This document shows, in pieces, positions 1 through 7,437 of a stretch of DNA of 9,441 nt (its first letter is position 1; every line of letters starts with the position of its first letter). Below the pieces are notes generated by a model that was not told the origin of the DNA, searched no databases, and saw only the letters and a program-made list of their open reading frames with translations. The stretch lies in assembly GCA_964441055.1 (NCBI GenBank), contig CAYTYV010000029.1, positions 1 to 9,441 on the forward strand, written 5' to 3'. The stretch is from an uncultured Polyangiaceae bacterium. GTDB lineage: Bacteria; Myxococcota_A; Polyangia; Polyangiales; Polyangiaceae. A program made the translations under genes and the position numbers.

Positions 1-55
1 TTGGGGCCCATCGGCTGGCCCTCACCTGTCTTGGGGCCAGTCGATGGGCCCCAAG
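1..55 (-). terminator. Long inverted repeat / stem-loop immediately downstream of the OmpA-family CDS stop; possible transcription terminator
   Basis: ttggggcccatcg (1-13) is the exact reverse complement of cgatgggccccaa (43-55). The inner arm ctggccc (15-21) pairs with gggccag (35-41), giving about 20 bp of stem around an ~13-nt loop. It lies 17 nt after the TAG stop (72-74, minus strand). Any U-tract on the minus strand would fall outside the window, so it cannot be seen. Confidence 0.35.
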
Positions 56-71
56 GGGCTGGCGAACGCCG

Positions 72-2654
72 CTAGTCCTTTTGCAGGATGACGAACTGAA
101 CGCGGCGGTTACGGGCCCGATTGGCGGGAGTGATGTTGGGGGCCAGCGGCCGAGTCTGGCCGTAGCCCTTGGCCGTCAGCCTGGCGGCGCCGATGCCATG
201 CGTGACCAGCCAGCTCCGCACCGCGTCGGACCGATCCTGGCTGAGCTTCTGGTTGTGCTCCCTCGTACCGCTGTTGTCGGTATGCCCCTGGATCTCGATG
301 GACTTGAGGTTGGGGTTGCGGTGGATGACGTCGGCGATCTCGGTCAAGAGCTGCTGCGAGTCGGGTTGGAGCTTGGCGGAGTCGAGCTCGAAGTGGATCC
401 GCTTCAAGACCAAGATCCGATTGCCCTGTACGCGCACGCTGGGTCGCGCGGGGCGCTTGCTCAGGCTCAGCACCACGCTGGCATCCTTACGCGGCTCGAT
501 GGTGGTCTCGGTGACGTACAGCATGTAGTCGGGGGCCTCCGCGCGGATGGTGGCCTTGCCCAGCGGAAGCTCTGCGAGCTGGAAGCGCCCCGCACCGTCG
601 CTGGTGACGGCGTGCTCGCGTCCCTCGGCGTCGGTGACCTGAACGCGGACATTGCCGACGCTCTTGCCGTCGGTGTCCTGGGCCTGGCCCTGAATGCCGC
701 CCTTGCGCGGCAGGGCCTCCAGCTCGCATTGCACGTCCACGAAGATGGGGCCAGTAGGGGCGGCCGGCCCGACGCCGGGGCCCGCGGGGGCAGCCGGCCC
801 GACGCCGGGGTAGGGGGTGGGGGAGCCCGGGGCGGGCGGAGCCGATGCTCCAGGACCGGGATAGGGCGGCGGGCCGAATGCGCCGCCCGGCCTCATGCCG
901 GGTTCCGTCGGCTGGGGCTGCGGCCACGCACCCGCGGTGGGTGCCGGTTGCACGACGGCCGCGCAGGTGCCCGGCTTGTAGTCGGGGGCTCGAAGCTCGA
1001 GCGTGTAGCTGCCAGGCTGCAAGGCACGCGTCAGGAACTTTCCGTCGGCGGCGGTGGCGATGGGAGGATCGGTCTGGCCTTGGATCGCGATGATCGCGTC
1101 GGCAACAGGCGTTTGCGCGCCTTGCTCGGTGACGACGCCGCGTACGAAGTACTCGGGTGGCGGCGGCGGGGGCAGCGGCGGGGGCAGCGGCGGGGGGGCC
1201 TCGGCCTTCTCCTTTTTCTCCTTGGTGTCAAAGGCGTAGCCCATGCCCAAGTAGAGCATCCAGGGAGGCTCGGGGGAGACCTCCTCGATGAAGGTGCTGG
1301 TGGCCGACAGCCCGATGTCGAAGCCCACGTGGGCGCTCAGGCCGCGAAAGGACTCGTCGAAGGGCGTGGTGCGAGCACCCAGCGACAGCCGCGATGGGGT
1401 GGCCGCGTAGCCTGGGGCGCCAGAAAACTCGTCGTCGAGGTCGGACAGCGCCAAGCAGACGTCCCCCGGCGAGATCGTGCGGGTATGGCACTCGTAGCCC
1501 TGGCGGTTGACCGGGATGTCGACCGAGTACTCCAGGTAGGGCTGGACGTAGCGCGTCGGCACGTCGACCCCGAGGGCAAGGGTGTAGAAATCCACCCGAT
1601 CGATGCCCAGGCCGAAGCGCTCGATGCGGCTGATGGGGATCCGGTCGAGGCCGCCCGAGGTGGCCGGGTCGCGCTGGGCGCGCAGCTCCTCGACGTCCTG
1701 GACCAGCCCGCCCGAGCTATCCAGTCGGTAGCCGGTGTTGAAGTGGATTCGCAGGGGGATGTCGATGCTCGACGGCTCGCGAAAGTCGGCCGAGGCCAGG
1801 GCCATGAAGTCAGCGTTGACGCCGCCGATGCCCACCTCGCCCGCGCCGTTGAGCAGCAGCAATCGGATCTCGCCGCCGAACGTGAAGATGTCGCCGACGC
1901 GCATGGGCGTGAAGCCCTTGACGCCGAAGGTGGTGTCTCCCAGCACCTGCAGCAGCCCGGGAGATGAGTGGGTGTTGGAGGCGGCGTAGGTTCGGACCGC
2001 CGCGTATCCCTCGAGGAAGTCGATCGGCGTGACGTTCAAGGCGAATAGCGCACCGACATGGCTCGCCTCGTCCTCCGTCGCCTGATCGGGCGTGAGCAGC
2101 GCACAGGGTGTGTCAGCGTTGCACAGGAAGCCGCCCGCGGTGAACCAGTCGAACAGGAAGCCCACCCGGAAGGTCCCCTCGGCGCCCGAGCCTGCGTAGG
2201 AGGTATGCAGCAAGCCGGTGGAGCCCAAGGTGTTGATCTGCTCGCTGAGCGAGCGCTCGCGGTACGCCCATTCATCGTCGGCCTTCTTGTCGGCCCGCGC
2301 GCCGCCAGGCGGCGGCAGCGGTGCACCGAAGCTAGCCCCGCCATGGAAGTCGAAACTGGCGGGCGCATCGGTTGGCGCGGCCTCGGGCGCCGGCTCGGCC
2401 GCACCAGGCGCCTGGCCAGATGGCGGAGGGGCGCCGTAGGTCGTGGGCGGGGCCCCGTACGGCCCGGCTGCGGGTCCTGGTGTCGGCCCGGGTGGGGGCG
2501 CGGACTCCGGCGGGGCCGTGGGGTAGGGCGATGGGGTTTGCGGGTACGCCGTCCCGGCCACCAGGGTGCCCGCGGTGAGCGCGACGATCGGCAGGGCTGC
2601 TCGGGCGAGCAATCGAACGGCTTGTGCCGGCTTGGCATTCAACGGGGTTCGCAT
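72..2654 (-). CDS. OmpA-family outer-membrane protein. Domain order: signal peptide, Pro-rich region, putative beta-barrel, poly-Pro linker, two CarboxypepD_reg-like beta-sandwich repeats, C-terminal OmpA_C peptidoglycan-binding domain.
   Basis: 860-aa ORF. The N-terminus MRTPLNAKPAQAVRLLARAALPIVALTAGTLVAGTA looks like a signal peptide. The C-terminus IHFELDSAKL...IEIQGHTDNSGTREHNQKLSQDRSDAVRSWL...GYGQTRPLAPN...NRRVQFVI matches the classic OmpA_C pattern (TD..G...N..LS..RA, NRRV). Two segments (GVVTEQG...DGKFLTRALQPGSYTLELRAPDY and IQGQAQDTDGKSVGNVRVQVTD...GRFQLAELPLGKATIRAEAPDY) resemble carboxypeptidase-regulatory-like domains. The central part has alternating hydrophobic residues and ends in YAF, which is beta-barrel-like. 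Confidence 0.9.
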   Translation of the reverse strand: MRTPLNAKPAQAVRLLARAALPIVALTAGTLVAGTAYPQTPSPYPTAPPESAPPPGPTPGPAAGPYGAPPTTYGAPPPSGQAPGAAEPAPEAAPTDAPASFDFHGGASFGAPLPPPGGARADKKADDEWAYRERSLSEQINTLGSTGLLHTSYAGSGAEGTFRVGFLFDWFTAGGFLCNADTPCALLTPDQATEDEASHVGALFALNVTPIDFLEGYAAVRTYAASNTHSSPGLLQVLGDTTFGVKGFTPMRVGDIFTFGGEIRLLLLNGAGEVGIGGVNADFMALASADFREPSSIDIPLRIHFNTGYRLDSSGGLVQDVEELRAQRDPATSGGLDRIPISRIERFGLGIDRVDFYTLALGVDVPTRYVQPYLEYSVDIPVNRQGYECHTRTISPGDVCLALSDLDDEFSGAPGYAATPSRLSLGARTTPFDESFRGLSAHVGFDIGLSATSTFIEEVSPEPPWMLYLGMGYAFDTKEKKEKAEAPPPLPPPLPPPPPPEYFVRGVVTEQGAQTPVADAIIAIQGQTDPPIATAADGKFLTRALQPGSYTLELRAPDYKPGTCAAVVQPAPTAGAWPQPQPTEPGMRPGGAFGPPPYPGPGASAPPAPGSPTPYPGVGPAAPAGPGVGPAAPTGPIFVDVQCELEALPRKGGIQGQAQDTDGKSVGNVRVQVTDAEGREHAVTSDGAGRFQLAELPLGKATIRAEAPDYMLYVTETTIEPRKDASVVLSLSKRPARPSVRVQGNRILVLKRIHFELDSAKLQPDSQQLLTEIADVIHRNPNLKSIEIQGHTDNSGTREHNQKLSQDRSDAVRSWLVTHGIGAARLTAKGYGQTRPLAPNITPANRARNRRVQFVILQKD
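757..810. repeat. Tandem 30-bp direct repeat inside the OmpA-family CDS, encoding PGVGPAAP twice
   Basis: ggggc[g/a]gccggcccgacgccgggg occurs at 757-780 and 787-810, matching at 23 of 24 positions. The 18-nt core gccggcccgacgccgggg is exact at 763-780 and 793-810. The protein reads PGVGPAAPAGPGVGPAAPTGP. Confidence 0.8.
1168..1198. repeat. 12-bp tandem repeat followed by a G7 run, encoding the poly-proline linker
   Basis: gggggcagcggc occurs at 1168-1179 and again at 1180-1191, followed by ggggggg at 1192-1198. On the minus strand this encodes PPPLPPPLPPPPPP. Confidence 0.75.
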
Positions 2655-2749
2655 GGTCTTGTGCTCATCCAGGGATCGGCCCCGGTGGGGCGCTTTTCAG
2701 ACTACGGTTGTAACACTGTCGCGGACGGCATACGCACCATTTTCTTCGG

Positions 2750-4177
<1,428 letters not shown>

Positions 4178-4205
4178 CGACCTTCTTCGCGGCTGGCGGC
4201 CGGGA

Positions 4206-5552
4206 TCACAAGGGCAGCAGCACGTCGCGTTCTAGCCCCAACAGCGCCGCGCGCACAGCACCGACGAGGAAGATCGATCCGGTGACCACCACCGTGTGGT
4301 CCGCGCCCGCGTGGGAAACGGCGTGCTCGATGGTCTGCTCCGCGGCGCCCACGATCCGACCGGGGTAGCGCGCGGAGAGCTGGCTCGGGGCGACCGCGCG
4401 TCGGCTGGCGAGCGCCAGCGGAGGCTCGGTGTAGTAACGCGTCGCAGCCCGCGGGCCGAGCAGGGCGAGCATCTCGGACCAGGGCTTGTCGGCGAGCGCG
4501 CCGAACACCAAGGTGGTCCGCTCGGGCCGGGCGTGGTCGGTCAGCCAGGCCTGCAGAGCCGCGGCCGCGGCCCGATTGTGCGCGCCGTCGAGCACGACCC
4601 ACACGCCGCGGTGTCGAATGGGCTCCAGTCGCCCTGGCCAGCAGGTGTGCTCGAGCCCGCGACCGAGGTGGGCCACTAGCGGCCCCGCCTTCCGCTGTGG
4701 ATGCCAGGCCACGGCGTCGAGCTGCTCGACGATGCCCGCGGCCACGGCGGCGTTTTCGGCTTGGTGGCGGCCCGCCAGATTCAGCCTAGCCCGCACGGGC
4801 CCCGCGCTCAGGCCGCGGATCTCCACCCTGCCATCGGCGGCCATCGCAGCGGCAATGGCGCCCGCCGACTGCCCAACAGCACTAGCGCTAGGCTCGACCC
4901 GCCGTATAGGCCCCGCCCCCACGCGCTTGGCCACCCGTTGGATGGCGCGCGCGGGTCCTGCCGCCATAGGCCCCAGCACCAGGGGACGGCCGGGCTTGAT
5001 GATACCGGCCTTCTCGTAGGCGATGGTGGTCGCATCGTCCCCCAGGTAAGCGCGGTGGTCCACGTCGATGCTGGTGATGGCCGTGACCAGGGGGGCCTCC
5101 AGCGCGTTGGTGGCGTCGAGCCGACCGCCGAGGCCCACCTCGACGACGGCGAGCTCGACCTCGGCCTCGCGCATGGCCCAGAACGCGGCCGCCGTCATCG
5201 CTTCGAAGAAGGACAGCGGCGGCAGCCCGGGGTCGAGCGCCGCCTCGAGCGCCGCCGCGAACGGCTCGTCGTCGATGGGCTGGCCGTCGATGCGGATCCG
5301 CTCGTTGAAGCGACACAGGTGGGGCGAGGTGTACAGGCCCGTGCGCAGCCCAGCCGCGCGGGCCACCCGCTCGACCATGGCGCACGCGCTGCCCTTGCCG
5401 TTGGTCCCGCCGACGTGCACGGCCGCGAGGCCGCGGTGGGGGTCGTCGAGCACGGCCAGCGCCTGGCGCATTGCGGCAAGGCCGAGCTTCGGGCCGCTGC
5501 CGACCCGGCCGAGCAAGCTGCGCAGCGCGGCGGGCAGGCGTCGATGGCTCAC
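4206..5552 (-). CDS. folC: Bifunctional folylpolyglutamate synthase / dihydrofolate synthase
   Basis: 448-aa ORF with the Mur-ligase-type P-loop HVGGTNGKGS, plus SIDVDH and LDGAHN motifs typical of FolC. The GTG start (5552-5550) overlaps the accD TGA stop (5551-5549) as GTGA. accD-folC adjacency is also the E. coli arrangement. Confidence 0.9.
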   Translation of the reverse strand: MSHRRLPAALRSLLGRVGSGPKLGLAAMRQALAVLDDPHRGLAAVHVGGTNGKGSACAMVERVARAAGLRTGLYTSPHLCRFNERIRIDGQPIDDEPFAAALEAALDPGLPPLSFFEAMTAAAFWAMREAEVELAVVEVGLGGRLDATNALEAPLVTAITSIDVDHRAYLGDDATTIAYEKAGIIKPGRPLVLGPMAAGPARAIQRVAKRVGAGPIRRVEPSASAVGQSAGAIAAAMAADGRVEIRGLSAGPVRARLNLAGRHQAENAAVAAGIVEQLDAVAWHPQRKAGPLVAHLGRGLEHTCWPGRLEPIRHRGVWVVLDGAHNRAAAAALQAWLTDHARPERTTLVFGALADKPWSEMLALLGPRAATRYYTEPPLALASRRAVAPSQLSARYPGRIVGAAEQTIEHAVSHAGADHTVVVTGSIFLVGAVRAALLGLERDVLLPL

Positions 5553-6457
5553 CGTGGCGCAGGGTCCTCGGCGTCGCGGCCGCGGCTGTGGCCCGTCCCG
5601 CGTTCCCCGCTCGAAGGCTGCGGGCAGAGGTGGCGCAGCAGCATGGCCACGGTAGCCTTCAGCTCGAGCCGCGAGCAGACCCGATCGACCATGCCATGCT
5701 CAAGCAGGAACTCGGCCCGTTGAAAGCGCGCGGGCAGCTTCTCGCCGATGGTGGTTTCGATGACGCGCGGCCCGGCGAAGCCGATGAGGGCCTGGTGCTC
5801 TGCCAACAGCACGTCGCCCAGGGTGGCGAAGCTGGCTGCCACACCTCCCGTGGTCGGGTGTAGCAGGCAGGAGATGTACGGCATGCCCACGGAGCGGAAT
5901 CGTTCGAGCGCCGCCACGCTCTTGGCCATCTGCATCAAGGAGAGGATGCCCTCCTGCATCCGGGCCCCGCCCGAGGCGTGCAGCATGACCACGGGCAGTC
6001 GCTCGACGCAGGCGCGCTCGAACAGCCGCGTGACCTTTTCGCCCACCACCGAGCCCATGCTCCCGCCCATGAACGAGAAGATGAAGCAGCCATAGGCGAT
6101 GGGCCGCCCCTCCAGGCGCGCCCGGCCGATCTCGATGGCCTCGTGGTAGCCAGACTTGCTCTGCGACAGCTCCAGTCGCTCGCTGTAGGATTTGCCGTCG
6201 CAGAAGTGTAAGGGGTCGGTCGGCTTGAGGCCCTCTTCCCACAGCTCGAGCATGCCGCCGTCGCACATGAGCTGCTGCCAGCGAGCGGCCGATAGCCGAT
6301 GGTGATGGCCGCAGCGCGGACAGACCTCGAAGTGGGCGGCCAACTCCTCGGCGGTCAGGGTCTCGCCGCAGCCCTCGCATCGTCGGAAGACCCCTTTGCC
6401 CAGCGTGCGCTTGGCATCGGCGGACGTGGATGGAGCGGTTTTCTCAGGCCAGCTCAT
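5549..6457 (-). CDS. accD: Acetyl-CoA carboxylase carboxyltransferase beta subunit. The start is moved to the internal ATG at 6457; the 362-aa track ORF is over-extended.
   Basis: From MSWPEK the protein carries the N-terminal Zn-ribbon CEGCGETLTAEELAAHFEVCPRCG (C-x2-C-x15-C-x2-C), plus FMGGSMGSVVGEK, ASGGARMQEG and HPTTGGVAASFA. All are AccD hallmarks. The ATG at 6457-6455 is preceded on the minus strand by AAGGAGGGACG, a strong SD. The 60 codons upstream are Arg/Gly-rich junk that overlaps the upstream ORF. Confidence 0.9.
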   Translation of the reverse strand: MSWPEKTAPSTSADAKRTLGKGVFRRCEGCGETLTAEELAAHFEVCPRCGHHHRLSAARWQQLMCDGGMLELWEEGLKPTDPLHFCDGKSYSERLELSQSKSGYHEAIEIGRARLEGRPIAYGCFIFSFMGGSMGSVVGEKVTRLFERACVERLPVVMLHASGGARMQEGILSLMQMAKSVAALERFRSVGMPYISCLLHPTTGGVAASFATLGDVLLAEHQALIGFAGPRVIETTIGEKLPARFQRAEFLLEHGMVDRVCSRLELKATVAMLLRHLCPQPSSGERGTGHSRGRDAEDPAPR

Positions 6458-7044
6458 CGTCCCTCCTTGGCGGCGCCGTTTCCCACCGCCACGGATATCT
6501 CCGCCACGTCCGGTCCGAGCTTCAAGGTCGGCTCGCTCTTGTCTTGAACGGATCGGGCCGACACACCAGGGGCCAGCTCGCGGATGCACAGGCCTTCGGC
6601 GAGCACCTCGAGCGCGCACAGCTCGGTGAACACCCAATCGGCGCGTAGCGGTCCGCTGCTCTGCGCCACGACGGCTGGTCTGCCGCGCTCGTCGAGGTGG
6701 CGCATCAGCACCAACACCCGCCGAGCCCGCATTGCAATCGCCTCCTGCTCGCGCTGCTTTGCGTCCTCAGCGATGTCCACAAGGCCCCGCTCCGAGACCC
6801 GAACGGCCTCGATTACCGCCACGTCCACGTCATCGGTCGGGGCGGGGTCGCCCGATGACGTGGCGCGCACGCCGCGGGCGAGCAGGGGCTTGAGCTCGAG
6901 GGGTAGACCGGCGCAAAGGTGGATTCGCCTGTCGGGCCGAAGCTCCTGCGCTAGGCGGGCCAGGAGCTGCTTGCGCGTCAGCGCCACGTGGCCTCCCCGC
7001 TGGCTATTGGGCCAGCCTCGCGTGCCGCCGGGATGCGAGGCCAC
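6454..7044 (-). CDS. Hypothetical protein whose N- and C-termini resemble family I CoA-transferase beta subunits (AtoA/ScoB-like) but which lacks the central catalytic region
   Basis: The 196-aa ORF has a GTG start at 7044. An alternative GTG at 6987 is preceded by GGGGAGG plus 4 nt and would give 177 aa. Amino-acid composition looks like a real protein. LTRKQLLARLAQELRPDRRIHLCAGLP recalls the AtoA/ScoB N-terminus (..IA.RVAQEL.DG..VNLGIGLP). RRVLVLMRHLDERGRPAVV...VFTELCALEV..EGLCIRELAPGVSARSVQDKSEP recalls their C-terminus (..VIV.MEH....G..K.V..C..PLT....V..LVTELAVF.....L.L.E.APGVS.EE.Q.KTEA). I do not see the SENG catalytic-Glu motif. The stop overlaps the accD ATG as ATGA (6454-6457). The family assignment rests on recalled sequences only. 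Confidence 0.55.
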   Translation of the reverse strand: MASHPGGTRGWPNSQRGGHVALTRKQLLARLAQELRPDRRIHLCAGLPLELKPLLARGVRATSSGDPAPTDDVDVAVIEAVRVSERGLVDIAEDAKQREQEAIAMRARRVLVLMRHLDERGRPAVVAQSSGPLRADWVFTELCALEVLAEGLCIRELAPGVSARSVQDKSEPTLKLGPDVAEISVAVGNGAAKEGR

Positions 7045-7342
7045 GAGTCATCGTCTCGCGTGCCGTCGGTGCTTGCGGGCGAGAACGCCGCGACGCATCG
7101 GCGAAAGCCCATCGCCGCCGCGTGCCCGAAAAGCGCGGAGACGGAGTTGAACGACCTCAACGACCTTATGGCTACAGCGCTCATCACAGCCCAGCCCGCA
7201 CGGTGGTCCGTCCCATGACGGTCTTTTGGTGCGAGGTCAATCGGCCTCTTTTGTCTTGATAACGTTTATTCGAATAGGAGATGTACTCATATTGCTCCGC
7301 GGGTCGGGGTGGAGATTCGTCAATAGCAGAATCATTGGGGTT

Positions 7343-7362
7343 TGTGGCTAATCTGTGGATAA
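7343..7362 (-). promoter_or_regulatory. Two tandem DnaA-box-like 9-mers, one perfect and one with a single mismatch, spaced 11 bp start to start
   Basis: tgtggataa at 7354-7362 is the exact reverse complement of the E. coli-type DnaA box TTATCCACA. tgtggctaa at 7343-7351 (reverse complement TTAGCCACA) differs at one position. Both have the same orientation and sit one helical turn apart. Confidence 0.45.
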
Positions 7363-7403
7363 CTGTGTGACGAAAAAAAGTGATCCCCAAGCGATCTTTT
7401 TGT

Positions 7404-7432
7404 TTGCAAATAGAATCGGCTTCTGCGAGATT
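7404..7432 (+). promoter_or_regulatory. Candidate sigma70-type promoter with an extended -10, pointing into the structured region
   Basis: The -35 is TTGCAA (7404-7409). A 17-nt spacer ending in TGc follows, which is an extended -10 TGn. The -10 is GAGATT (7427-7432), matching TATAAT at 3 of 6 positions including A2 and T6. The predicted transcription start is near 7438-7441. This is a weak motif-only call. Confidence 0.25.
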
Positions 7433-7437
7433 CACCG

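Noticed and set aside
81-1967. 628-aa plus-strand ORF, and smaller ORFs on both strands, overlapping the OmpA-family gene
   Set aside because: It lies antisense to a CDS with clear domain signatures. The translation is Arg/Gly/Ala/Asp-rich low-complexity sequence typical of shadow ORFs in high-GC DNA.
2679-2698. GCCCC-GGT-GGGGC hairpin followed by gcTTTT between glmM and the OmpA-family gene
   Set aside because: The T-tract follows the stem only on the + strand, where no gene is present. On the coding (minus) strand the stem is preceded by A4 and is not followed by Us, so it is not a convincing terminator for glmM. It may be an attenuating or processing hairpin or just incidental.
6458-6637. 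60-codon N-terminal extension of the accD track ORF (start at 6637)
   Set aside because: The extension (MGVHRAVRARGARRRP...) is Arg/Gly junk and overlaps the upstream ORF in another frame. The internal ATG at 6457 has a strong AAGGAGGG SD and gives a canonical AccD N-terminus.
7146-7166. Direct repeat aacgacct twice (7150-7157 and 7159-7166) overlapping a 5-bp hairpin (gttga/tcaac)
   Set aside because: It is too short to separate from chance. It could be an operator upstream of the minus-strand operon, but nothing else supports that.
7207-7250. Two weak plus-strand hairpin+T-tract elements: ccgtc-ccat-gacgg tctttt near 7207-7228, and gagg-tcaatcgg-cctc tttt near 7233-7252
   Set aside because: The stems are only 4-5 bp, and no plus-strand gene lies upstream to terminate. 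They lie in the AT-rich promoter zone, where such patterns arise easily.
7184-7435. 83-aa minus-strand ORF inside the AT-rich island
   Set aside because: It has no recognisable motif and no convincing SD, and its composition simply reflects AT-rich DNA in a high-GC genome. It is more likely regulatory DNA. A small horizontally acquired gene cannot be fully excluded.
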